Counted from the stretch's first letter, positions 7,801-15,849 are shown. The stretch: DNA of 18,262 bases from Candidatus Hermodarchaeota archaeon (GCA_016840065.1 JAEOTB010000081.1:1-18262), one strand, 5' to 3'. Notes: a model not told the origin generated them from the sequence alone. A program made the numbers and translations.

Positions 7801-10800
7801 GTCGCCAGTAACTTCGTTTACAAGGTAAACGCCGCCGCTATCCATCCCCGAAACCTCTATAGTGGCCTCCAAACAGAGCTTTAACACTGTATGCAAATCA
7901 GAGGTTGCGGATAAAGCCAAACCCAGGTCACGCTGAATACGGATTAACTCCTCAGCTTCCTTCCTCTCACTGATGTCCACGAGAGTAACCTGTACCGCAG
8001 GCTCTCCTTTGAACTCGATAATCTGGGAGGCAATATCCACCCAAATGGCACTCCTATCCTTGTGGATCAATCGCAACTCCCATCGTGGTGGAACATCTTC
8101 TCCCCTTAGCCGAGAAGTCAACCGTTCAAAGGTGTCCCTCCTTTCCTCAATATGAATGAGTTCCTGTATTTCTTGAGGTGACATGCTAGGCGCTTCATCA
8201 ACAGAACGCCCAATGAGTTGAGCAGCCGCCTCGTTGACAAAGGATATCCGAAGAGGATTTGCCTGCAGGATAATAATGCCAAGAAGTGATTGTTCCACTA
8301 GCGTTCTGTACTTGTCTTCCGATTCTAGCAAAGCTTGCTGGGCTCGTTTCTGTTCGGAAATTTCATAAAAAACAGAGACAAAGTATCCGGGACGGGGACA
8401 ATACGCAGATACGGTATACCATCGATCCAGAGGAGCAGCGAACTGTTCAAAATAAGCAGGCTTCCCAGTGAGAGCTACATCCCCATAAACACCAATCAAA
8501 TCAGCTGGATAATCTTCAATGCCAGCGAGAAGCTCTGTGACTCGTTTCCCAATGACATCCTCCCGCTTTAGACCCGTTTGTTCTTCAAAGGCTTTGTTTA
8601 TTTCTAAGAAGATGTAATCGATTGGCTGTCCATCTTCGTCGACCACAACTTTATGAAAAGCGAAGCCCTGAGACATGTTCTCGAAAAGCGATCTGTATTT
8701 CTCCTCTGATTCCTGCAACGCAATCTCTGTTTGCCTTCGTTGAGTGATGTCCTGGATGATCCCTTCATAAAACAAGGCCTCTCCTTCCTTATCGAGAAAT
8801 ACCTGGGCTGTGTTATTCACCCAAACAACCCTGCCGTCAAAGCAGCGCATCTGCACCAGAAAATCTCGCACTACCCCTTTCTCTTCCATAAGCCTCTGCC
8901 ACTGCTGACGATCAGCTTGGTCTACATATAACTCGGTCGCATTTACTTTTTGAAGGGATTCTTGATTAGGATAAGCTAATAGCTGCGCCATTGCAGGATT
9001 AGCGTCAACAATCTGCCCATCTGGCATAGAACGGTAGAGTCCAACAGGGATTCGGTCGAATAGACCCTGATATTGTGCTTCTGATTCGTGAAGCGCCTCC
9101 TCCGTCTGCTTCTGTTCAGTGATATCTACTAAGGTGACTTGTAGCGCTGGCTTTCCCATGAACTCGATTCTTACGCTAGAGACCTCAACCCAGCGAATTG
9201 TACCGTCTTTTCTGAAGAAGCGGAAAGTTATACTCGGTGGGACTGGTTCTCCCTCGAGGGTCCTCTGAGCGTGCCCAAATGCCTCTTCTCGGTCCTCTGA
9301 GTGGACAGTTTCCCATGTTTCTTCTGCAGTCATGGCAAGTAGTTTATCCGCCGAGTACCCAATCATTTCAACGAAACGATTGTTAACAAAGACGAAGGTC
9401 CTCTCCTGAAGTATCATTATCCCGAACGGAGAATGGTCCAAGATTAGCTGGTAGGCTTCCTCTGCCTGCTTTCGCTCAGTAATATCAACGGAATGGAACT
9501 GGGTTGCTGGAGTGCCCTCGTATTCGATTTGTGTACTATAAACCTCTAACCAGCGAAAAGTTCCATCCTTTCTTATCAATCGATACTCATAACGTTCAGG
9601 TAAAGGTTTGCCAGCTAGACGGTCTTTATGGCGTTGAATTGCTGCCTCTTGGTCCTCAGGGAGGACCGTTGCTAGCATTTCTTCAGGAGTGAGGGAGAGC
9701 AACTCTTCAACGCTTCTCCCATAACTTTCAGCAGCAGCCGAGTTTGCGAAGACAAACCTATCTCCCTGCCGGATTGTTACACCAAGAAGGCTGCCATCAA
9801 CAACAGCTCTATACAAACGTTCACTGGTTGCTCTTGCTGCCTCTGCGCGTCTTTGTGAGGTAACATCTACCCATGTGGAGATATAGAATACAAGCTCATC
9901 CTCAATCATAACTGGTGTGGAGGTAATTTGGACCCTACGTATGTCCCCACTCTTTGTTCGGACTTCTGATTCTCTCCCACTGAATCCAACTTCCATAACT
10001 GCGGTAAATGCTTGGACCATATCCACATCTGGGTCCATCTGCCACCAGGGGAAAGGAGGTTTTCCTCCGACAATATCAGCGGCAGTGAAGCCCGATAGCT
10101 CTTCGAATGCTGCGTTGACATAACGAATTGAAGTATCAGGATTTACTACAAGAATTGGGTTAGGTGAATGCTCAAGGATAGTAGAGGTGAAGGTTTCACT
10201 TTCACGAAGTGCCTGTTCTGCCTCCTTTTTTTCTGTGATATCAATTAGAGCAACTTGAGTAGCGGGTTTACCATGGTAACTTACGATTGAAGGGAATCCT
10301 TGGATCCAGATTACTGTTCCATCCCTGCGAAGGAAGCGGTATTCCACACTCACAGGTGAAGGCTTCCCCGCCAATCGTTCTTGTAAACGTCTCAAGTAAT
10401 CCTCCCGATCCTCTGGATGCAGCATTTCTAATACTTCTACAGGAGATTTGGCGAGTACCTCCTCAACAGAGTATCCGGAATGCTCTGCGGCAACCGAATT
10501 GACAAAGACGATGCGATCTTCTTGGATGATAATTAGTCCCTGGGGAGTCCGCTCTACTATCGCCTTGTAAGCCTCCTCCACGTACTCCTCTTCTGTAACA
10601 TCTTGCCCTATGCAAATGATTTCCCGTAATGCTCCTTCCTCGTAAGTAATGCGTGCCTGTTTCCATTCAATGATACGCCGCTCCCCCATCTTGGTGGTCA
10701 CTTCACACACGAACTTCCTTATAGTATCTGAAGCTATGAAGGCTCGAAGCTCTTGTCGGCAAGCCTTCTGATGTTCAAGGGGGATCATTCGTGCAATGAA

Positions 10801-10992
10801 AGATTTACGGACTAGCTCCTCTTCGGTATAACCGGTAAGCTCCTCGCAGCCTTTGCTGAATAATTTAATTCGACCTCTCTTATCGAGTGCTATGATGAGG
10901 AGGTTGTGCATTTCAGCTATTGCATCAAATCGTAGTGCTGCTAGACGCTCTGCTGACCTAAGCTTAGGGGTGTAAGATCTCGTTGAAGGCAT
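4834..10992 (-). CDS. Giant cytoplasmic PAS/GAF sensor histidine kinase (13 PAS + 1 GAF + HisKA + HATPase)
   Basis: 2052 aa. Thirteen ~125-aa units end in D[IV][TS]/EIS followed by coiled-coil 'ALxESE' linkers. A GAF domain (SGGVYLVN...AMIPVSHENRVIACLNVAS) sits after unit 8. H-box LMVHDLTN, N-box NLLHNAMRY, G1 IQDWGPGI, G2 GRGIGLTLV. No obvious TM segment. GGTGG SD upstream. Confidence 0.96.
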   Translation of the reverse strand: MPSTRSYTPKLRSAERLAALRFDAIAEMHNLLIIALDKRGRIKLFSKGCEELTGYTEEELVRKSFIARMIPLEHQKACRQELRAFIASDTIRKFVCEVTTKMGERRIIEWKQARITYEEGALREIICIGQDVTEEEYVEEAYKAIVERTPQGLIIIQEDRIVFVNSVAAEHSGYSVEEVLAKSPVEVLEMLHPEDREDYLRRLQERLAGKPSPVSVEYRFLRRDGTVIWIQGFPSIVSYHGKPATQVALIDITEKKEAEQALRESETFTSTILEHSPNPILVVNPDTSIRYVNAAFEELSGFTAADIVGGKPPFPWWQMDPDVDMVQAFTAVMEVGFSGRESEVRTKSGDIRRVQITSTPVMIEDELVFYISTWVDVTSQRRAEAARATSERLYRAVVDGSLLGVTIRQGDRFVFANSAAAESYGRSVEELLSLTPEEMLATVLPEDQEAAIQRHKDRLAGKPLPERYEYRLIRKDGTFRWLEVYSTQIEYEGTPATQFHSVDITERKQAEEAYQLILDHSPFGIMILQERTFVFVNNRFVEMIGYSADKLLAMTAEETWETVHSEDREEAFGHAQRTLEGEPVPPSITFRFFRKDGTIRWVEVSSVRIEFMGKPALQVTLVDITEQKQTEEALHESEAQYQGLFDRIPVGLYRSMPDGQIVDANPAMAQLLAYPNQESLQKVNATELYVDQADRQQWQRLMEEKGVVRDFLVQMRCFDGRVVWVNNTAQVFLDKEGEALFYEGIIQDITQRRQTEIALQESEEKYRSLFENMSQGFAFHKVVVDEDGQPIDYIFLEINKAFEEQTGLKREDVIGKRVTELLAGIEDYPADLIGVYGDVALTGKPAYFEQFAAPLDRWYTVSAYCPRPGYFVSVFYEISEQKRAQQALLESEDKYRTLVEQSLLGIIILQANPLRISFVNEAAAQLIGRSVDEAPSMSPQEIQELIHIEERRDTFERLTSRLRGEDVPPRWELRLIHKDRSAIWVDIASQIIEFKGEPAVQVTLVDISERKEAEELIRIQRDLGLALSATSDLHTVLKLCLEATIEVSGMDSGGVYLVNEVTGDLELLIHKGLSPSFVKNVGYYEAGSPNNQLVMKGDPVYLNYEEFPVPSEQIDRSEGLKVLAMIPVSHENRVIACLNVASHTKDVISAHGRTALEMIATQIGTAITRARIGQALRENEKTYRTLFETMAQGVVYQNASGEITSANPAAERILGLSLDQMQGRTSVDPQWRSIKEDGSDFPGESHPAMVALKTGEEVHDVIMGVYNPAEDITRWIRIGAVPQFRTGDEQPYQVYTTFYDITELKLAQEALQESERKYRSFVENFPGIAYRADINGAPLFFQGAAEAITGYTEDDFVSGRVNWMQMIHPDDWGQIEVGWKEMGTVPGASTRREYRIIHREGHIRWMHERIRNISDETGIVTQVEGVLLDITERKQIDTALRRERDRAQQYLDVAGVILVALDTQEEIILINRKGCELLGVYEEEAMGKNWFDNFLPERFHKDVKQVYAQLKGEVDPVEYHENPILTSKGEERLIAWHTVIFRDEEGNILGSLSSGEDITERRQMEQALLDSEERLRSVTENSPDQIILLDQKFRILFINRILVNLTMREVLGKSILDFISPDFQQTASDCYKRVWVTGKPETFYSENQQEDGTVQVFEVRVSPILESGRAVALVSNSTDITDRRETEEQLRESEAKYRSFVENFLGIAYRSQPDYSIEFFHGAVQSITGYTEEDFVSGRIKWDQVIYPDDWARLQKDFDRMGKVPGAIGELEYRIIRKDGTIRWLHDNMRGLYNPDYQVTAIEGVLIDITERKEAEEVAFESRARAEFFNDLMVHDLTNIHQAILSLLELVLLESNLPIQVREFVQTALAQLVRSSDLISKVKKFALIDTAPLKRAQSDISEPLFAAADAIRDSYPQRKLNIHTPISPGKYYAQVDEFLYDMFFNLLHNAMRYDRREEVHVDVLVEEEEEFLKIQIQDWGPGISDGDKEQIFARLSSKERGERGVRGRGIGLTLVQRIVTRYRGRIWVEDRVPGDHTQGASFVVLLPRGDTE

Positions 10993-11194
10993 GGCATTCC
11001 CACCAAGTTATAATTTGATTACCTCGACTGGAGTATGAAGTCATTCCCCAGTCCAAGAATCCTATAATCATTGGATGAAGGCGCTTTTTTGTGTTTCCTG
11101 TCATCTGGAAAACGGGTGGCTGTGGATTTTTAGGGAGGATATGGAACATTAGCCACTAGCATTGAAGACTCGTCAAGTGAAGTAGTGAATACCA

Positions 11195-12346
11195 ATGGCA
11201 CGAACCTACAAGATTCAAGTTTTGCCCGGCGATGGAATTGGTATCGAAACCGTCGCTGAAGCAGTGAAGGTGCTCAAAGTGGCTGAAGAGGAAACGAGAG
11301 GACTCAATCTGACATTTCACGAGTTTTCCTGTGGAGGGAAACACTTTCTAGAAACAGGTGAAGAGTGGTCAGCAGAAGCGAAGGCGTTTTCCCAGAACGA
11401 AGCTGATGCAATTCTGTTAGGAGCAGTAGGTTGGGAACGTGAACCTGGGGAGCCTATCAGAAGGTCTGACGGTCAGATAGCTGGAGCTGACGTTGTTCTT
11501 GGAACCCGCTCCGAACTGGATCTTTATGCGAATGTTCGTCCTGTGAAGCTTTACTCGGGTGTGCCTACACCTTTAGCAGACTTGGTACCCAGCGATGTTG
11601 ATTTTGTCATTGTCCGAGAAAACACTGAAGGTCTCTATGTGCCTATTCGTGGAACCCTCAAACGTGGGAGAGATGCGGAATCTGGTGTAGATGTACGGGT
11701 GATAACCCGCCGAGGGGCGGGAAGAGTGAGTCGATTCGCCTTTAAACTCGCCAAGAAGAGAAAGCATGGAGCTCCAACCGATGGGCAGAAGCGGGTTACC
11801 TGCGTAGATAAAAGCAATGTTCTAGACGGATGCAGGTTGTTTCGTAAGGTGTTTCGGGAGGTGGCAAATGATTTCCCAAGGATTGATACTGACTTTGCCT
11901 ATGTGGACGCATGGACAATGTGGTGTCTGCGTCGCCCTTCCTACTATGATGTTGTGGTCACATCAAATATGTTTGGAGATATTATATCCGATTTAGGGGC
12001 AGCCATCCAAGGCGGGATGGGAGTCGCAGCGGGGGCCAATATCGGTGACGGTCATGCCATGTTTGAACCAATTCATGGATCCGCCCCCCGCCACGCAGGT
12101 AAACAACGGGCAAATCCCATTGCAGCCATTCTTGCTGGGAAAATGCTCTTAGAATGGCTAGGGGACAAACACAAGGACCGCCGCTGCCACAGAGCTGCGG
12201 AGAAGATTGAATTCGCCGTCAAGGCGGTGTTGAGTGCTGGGCTGACACGTACATATGATCTGTGTGTAGGTCCCTTTGCTAAGGTTGAGCCATCCACGAC
12301 AGGGATGGTTGGGAGTGCGATTACAGAACTTATTCGTGCACAATAG
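11195..12346 (+). CDS. Isocitrate/isopropylmalate (beta-decarboxylating) dehydrogenase family protein, LeuB/homoisocitrate-DH-like
   Basis: 383 aa. Motifs LPGDGIG, LLGAVG, LDLYANVRP, IVRENTEGLY, VDKSNVL, NMFGDIISDL, FEPIHGSAP, ANPIA. Adjacent to leuC/leuD-like genes. Exact substrate not determinable. Confidence 0.93.
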   Translation: MARTYKIQVLPGDGIGIETVAEAVKVLKVAEEETRGLNLTFHEFSCGGKHFLETGEEWSAEAKAFSQNEADAILLGAVGWEREPGEPIRRSDGQIAGADVVLGTRSELDLYANVRPVKLYSGVPTPLADLVPSDVDFVIVRENTEGLYVPIRGTLKRGRDAESGVDVRVITRRGAGRVSRFAFKLAKKRKHGAPTDGQKRVTCVDKSNVLDGCRLFRKVFREVANDFPRIDTDFAYVDAWTMWCLRRPSYYDVVVTSNMFGDIISDLGAAIQGGMGVAAGANIGDGHAMFEPIHGSAPRHAGKQRANPIAAILAGKMLLEWLGDKHKDRRCHRAAEKIEFAVKAVLSAGLTRTYDLCVGPFAKVEPSTTGMVGSAITELIRAQ

Positions 12347-12362
12347 CAGAATGGTGAAGATT

Positions 12363-13622
12363 ATGGGGCAGACAATCGCAGAGAAAATCCTAGCCGCACA
12401 CGCGGATGTTTCACGAGTAGAGCCAGGGGAAATTATCGAGGCATCAGTTGATGTGGCAATGAGCCATGAGATGCTGGGAACTCGAGTGATTCCCCATGTG
12501 GAGGCTGCAGAGATTGAGCATCTTTGGGATTCTGATAGGGTTGTTATTATGTTGGATCATTGGGCGCCAGCACCCACCGTTGAAGCAGCGATGATACATC
12601 AGCGTGTTCGACGATTCGTTGAGCGTTATGGTGTGACACACTTCTACGATGTAGGAACAGGAATCTGCCATCAGGTACTTGCGGATTACGGGCATCTCCG
12701 GCCTGGCGAGCTACTTGTGGGAACCGACTCCCACACAACGACTGGTGGTGCTCTAGGTGTATTCGCAACGGGGATTGGCGCAACTGATATGGCTGTAGTC
12801 TTAGCTACTGGACGTCTTTGGTTCCGTGTACCCGAATCCATTAGGATTACCCTTTCTGGTAAGCTTCGTGATAAGGTGATGGGGAAAGATGTAATTCTAC
12901 ACATCCTAGGGGAACTTGGTGCTGGTGGAGCTGCCTACAAGGTTCTGGAATTTCAGGGAGATGGTATTGAACATCTAAGCATTGCCTCCCGAATGACTAT
13001 TACTAATATGAGCGTTGAAGCTGATGCCAAAGCTGCAATAATGCCTGCAGACCAGAAAGTCGAAACCTATGTACAGGCAAGAACAGAGATCCCATTCAAA
13101 CCAGCCAAGCCGGATTCAGACGCCTCATACACTCAGACACTTCAGTATGATGTCTCTAAGCTGGTTCCGCAGGTCGCGACCCCCTCATCACCTACTCAGG
13201 TAGTGCCAGTATCAGAGATTGAGGATGTGCCTATTGATCAGGCGTTCCTTGGTTCCTGTACGAATGGTCGAATTGAAGATATACGAATGGCAGCACGAAT
13301 CATTAATGGCAAGCGCGTAGCCAAGTCTGTCAGGTTCCTTGTAATACCCGCAAGCAGAAATGTCTATCAAAAGGCGTTACGGGAGGGGTTACTCGAGATT
13401 CTCCTCACCGCAGGTGCAGTTATTGGCCCACCCACCTGTGGGCCTTGCTTTGGTGGTCATTGCGGTTTACTCGCAGATGGAGAAGTGTGCATCAGCACCT
13501 CAAATAGGAATTTTAGTGGACGTATGGGCAGCCCTGACGCTGAGATATACTTAGCTTCACCTGCTACAGTCGCTGCAAGTGCTATTACTGGGAAAATTAC
13601 TGACCCCAGAAAAGATGTGTAA
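12363..13622 (+). CDS. leuC: 3-isopropylmalate dehydratase / homoaconitase large subunit (LeuC/HacA, archaeal type 2)
   Basis: ATG at 12363 follows a GGTGA SD, giving MGQTIAEKILA (419 aa). Motifs LDH, GICHQV, GTDSHTTT, AFLGSCTNGR, PTCGPCFGGH, STSNRNFSGRMG, YLASPATVAASA. The ORF-track start at 12276 overlaps the upstream gene and is too early. The leuC vs hacA assignment is uncertain. Confidence 0.93.
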   Translation: MGQTIAEKILAAHADVSRVEPGEIIEASVDVAMSHEMLGTRVIPHVEAAEIEHLWDSDRVVIMLDHWAPAPTVEAAMIHQRVRRFVERYGVTHFYDVGTGICHQVLADYGHLRPGELLVGTDSHTTTGGALGVFATGIGATDMAVVLATGRLWFRVPESIRITLSGKLRDKVMGKDVILHILGELGAGGAAYKVLEFQGDGIEHLSIASRMTITNMSVEADAKAAIMPADQKVETYVQARTEIPFKPAKPDSDASYTQTLQYDVSKLVPQVATPSSPTQVVPVSEIEDVPIDQAFLGSCTNGRIEDIRMAARIINGKRVAKSVRFLVIPASRNVYQKALREGLLEILLTAGAVIGPPTCGPCFGGHCGLLADGEVCISTSNRNFSGRMGSPDAEIYLASPATVAASAITGKITDPRKDV

Positions 13623-13629
13623 CACGAAA

Positions 13630-14184
13630 ATGCCAAGAAGAGCGAAAGGAAAACGTAAAGCCTCTGAAACTCCCCGAATTCCTCCAGTTAAGGGTCGGGC
13701 ATGGAGGTTCGGTGACAACATCAGCACAGATGACATAATTTCAGGAGCCCACCTTACCAGCCCCAATCTTGACGAAATTGCTCCATTCACGTTTGAGACA
13801 ATACGGTCTGATTTTGCCAAGGGAGTACAGCCAAACGATTTTATCGTGGGTGGTCACAGCTTTGGCATTGGCTCTAGCCGAGAGTCAGCCCCAGGTGTTC
13901 TTCGGGTGCTCGGGATTGGGGCGGTGCTTGCCGCTTCCTTTGCCCGCATCTTCTTCCGTAACGCTTTCAACCTGGGTCTTCCCGCCATCGAAGTACCTGC
14001 TCTATCTAGTGACCCCAATGTCATTCAAGAAGCGGATGAACTTACGCTCCAGCTTGAGGAAGGTCTACTCCACAATCATCGAACAAAACAAACTATTCAA
14101 ATAACCAAAATTCCCCCCTTCCTAATCGATTACCTCCTGGTAGGAGGCGCAATACCCCTCCTTAAACAAAAACTTGGTCGTTGA
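13630..14184 (+). CDS. leuD: 3-isopropylmalate dehydratase / homoaconitase small subunit (LeuD/HacB)
   Basis: Motifs GRAWRFGDNISTDDII, GHSFGIGSSRESA, AASFARIFFRNAFNLGLP. The start is taken as ATG 13630, just after the leuC stop. ATG 13615 is an in-frame alternative. Confidence 0.92.
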   Translation: MPRRAKGKRKASETPRIPPVKGRAWRFGDNISTDDIISGAHLTSPNLDEIAPFTFETIRSDFAKGVQPNDFIVGGHSFGIGSSRESAPGVLRVLGIGAVLAASFARIFFRNAFNLGLPAIEVPALSSDPNVIQEADELTLQLEEGLLHNHRTKQTIQITKIPPFLIDYLLVGGAIPLLKQKLGR

Positions 14185-14188
14185 AACA

Positions 14189-14878
14189 ATGTGGTTTGTG
14201 CTGTATTCCATATTATTCTGGGTCTTCGCCTGTGCCTTCATATTAATGAGAACCTATGAGGAGGACCCTCCACAGAGTCCTAAAACAAGATCGAGGGCTG
14301 TATCGCAAATCATCAAACCAATCCCTGCAGGGTTGGCAGCCCTCTTTGTGTTTGTAATGCGTCCAAGCCCCTCGCTTTTCTATTTAGTAATGGTAGTGGG
14401 GCTCACTTTCTGCCTTCTAGGTGATATCGGCATGGAAATTGGACTACTACCTGGGCTAGGACTTTTCATGATAGGCCACATTTCTTTCATTACAGCCTTT
14501 CTAAGTCAGAGCCTGTCACTCGGCATCACCCCTGTTGTACACGTTCCCTTGATTGGCTTCACTATCTTTGCCCTCGTCTATTTCATACTGCTTGTGAGAT
14601 ATTTGCTACCAGGCTTGGGGAAATTTAGGGTACCAGTTTTGATCTATGCTCTGGTGATATCAGCGATGTTGGTGGCATCATTCCTTCTGTGGCTGACATC
14701 AGGAACACCCAATGGAATACTTGTTACCTTTGGTGCTACAATCTTTGTTATCTCAGACTCCCTCATAGGCATTCGAGAATTCCATCACAAATTCTCACAG
14801 CCAACAATCAAGATTCTAGGAACCTATTACTTGGCGATTTTCCTCCTTTCCCTGAATGTCTTGGTCTACCTGTTCTAG
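14189..14878 (+). CDS. YhhN/TMEM86 family membrane protein (lysoplasmalogenase-like)
   Basis: Multi-TM protein with KPIP, LTFCLLGDI, GLGLFMIGHISF, PVLIYALVISAM, GATIFVISDSLIG and TYYLA, the pattern typical of YhhN. ATG at 14189 lies 4 nt after the leuD stop. TTG 14174 is an alternative start. Confidence 0.85.
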   Translation: MWFVLYSILFWVFACAFILMRTYEEDPPQSPKTRSRAVSQIIKPIPAGLAALFVFVMRPSPSLFYLVMVVGLTFCLLGDIGMEIGLLPGLGLFMIGHISFITAFLSQSLSLGITPVVHVPLIGFTIFALVYFILLVRYLLPGLGKFRVPVLIYALVISAMLVASFLLWLTSGTPNGILVTFGATIFVISDSLIGIREFHHKFSQPTIKILGTYYLAIFLLSLNVLVYLF

Positions 14879-14960
14879 ACGGGATTTTCCTCGTTTGATA
14901 ATTAGATTTAATTGGATATGGACTGAACCTAATCTGCCTGAAAAGGAGCGTCGATGAATC

Positions 14961-15740
14961 TTGGTAGATCCTATGACTCTGTTAATGGCTCTTGGTTGCG
15001 GTATACTCATTGGCATTATCTCCCTCAGTGGATTGTTAACGCTCAGTGCTGACATTAACCGTGTTCGGAGCATTGCAAAGTTCTTGGTTGCATTGGCAGC
15101 GGGAACGATGGTGGGAGGGGCTGCCTTCCATCTTCTTCCAGAGGCGGTGGAGGAACTCGGAGGATTTACGCTCACCATTACTCTATCCTTTCTATCGGGT
15201 ATAATCGTCTCCTATTTACTTGAGGCGGTGTTAGAGTGGCACCACTGCAATCAAATCGGAGGATGTGAAGAACCATCTCACCGTCACACCATTGGTGCAA
15301 TGAATTTCTATGGCGATAGCGTACACAACTTCATCGATGGCCTGGTTATTGCCGCAAGTTTCCTAGCAGGCCCTCTAATAGGCTTCAGTGTTGTCCTCGC
15401 AGTGGCACTCCATGAGATACCTCAGGAGTTCGGAGATTTCGGAGTTTTAATCCAAGCAGGATATTCGCGTCGACGAGCCCTTATCTACAACTTCATTTCA
15501 GCATTAATGGCAATCGTGGGTATCTGCACAGTCTTTCTATTGAGTAACTGGATAGTTGGCCTAGCAGAATTCATCCCTCTTCTTCTTCCCTTTGCGGCTG
15601 GCAACTTCATATATGTGAGCTTGACAGATTTAATGCCAGAACTCCACAAGGAGCGGAGGACCAAGCACACACTCGTACAGTTTCTTGTTATGCTATTGGG
15701 TATCACCCTAATGGCATCGTTGCTCTTCCTCCCTCTATAG
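14961..15740 (+). CDS. ZIP family zinc/divalent metal transporter
   Basis: 259 aa, hydrophobic. LAAGTMVGGAAFHLLPEA; His-rich loop WHHC...HRH; TM4 GDSVHNFIDG; TM5 VALHEIPQEFGDF; AAGNFIYVSLTDLMPEL. Start is TTG 14961 or ATG 14973. Confidence 0.94.
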   Translation: MVDPMTLLMALGCGILIGIISLSGLLTLSADINRVRSIAKFLVALAAGTMVGGAAFHLLPEAVEELGGFTLTITLSFLSGIIVSYLLEAVLEWHHCNQIGGCEEPSHRHTIGAMNFYGDSVHNFIDGLVIAASFLAGPLIGFSVVLAVALHEIPQEFGDFGVLIQAGYSRRRALIYNFISALMAIVGICTVFLLSNWIVGLAEFIPLLLPFAAGNFIYVSLTDLMPELHKERRTKHTLVQFLVMLLGITLMASLLFLPL

Positions 15741-15784
15741 GCTTGAGTTAAAGACAAAGTTCGTATCTGATTCCCTAATCTTGA

Positions 15785-15797
15785 GCAACTTTTATTA
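15785..15797 (+). promoter_or_regulatory. Candidate archaeal BRE/TATA promoter for the V4R gene
   Basis: GCAACTTTTATTA lies about 55 nt upstream of the start. It is bracketed by the inverted repeat TTGAGC (15781) / GCTCAA (15823). Confidence 0.4.
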
Positions 15798-15849
15798 CTG
15801 CGATATGTAAGGTATATACAGGGCTCAATGAAAGACTCAGGTGATAATA

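Noticed and set aside
5555-10900. Recurrent DNA words every ~370 nt as a possible CRISPR array or diversity-generating repeat
   Set aside because: They are degenerate codings of PAS DITE/ALxESE linkers within one ORF. There are no identical repeats, spacers, cas genes or reverse transcriptase.
12276-12362. Extended N-terminus of LeuC given by the ORF track
   Set aside because: It overlaps the upstream gene by 71 nt. The GGTGA SD and the typical MGQTIAEKIL start indicate 12363.
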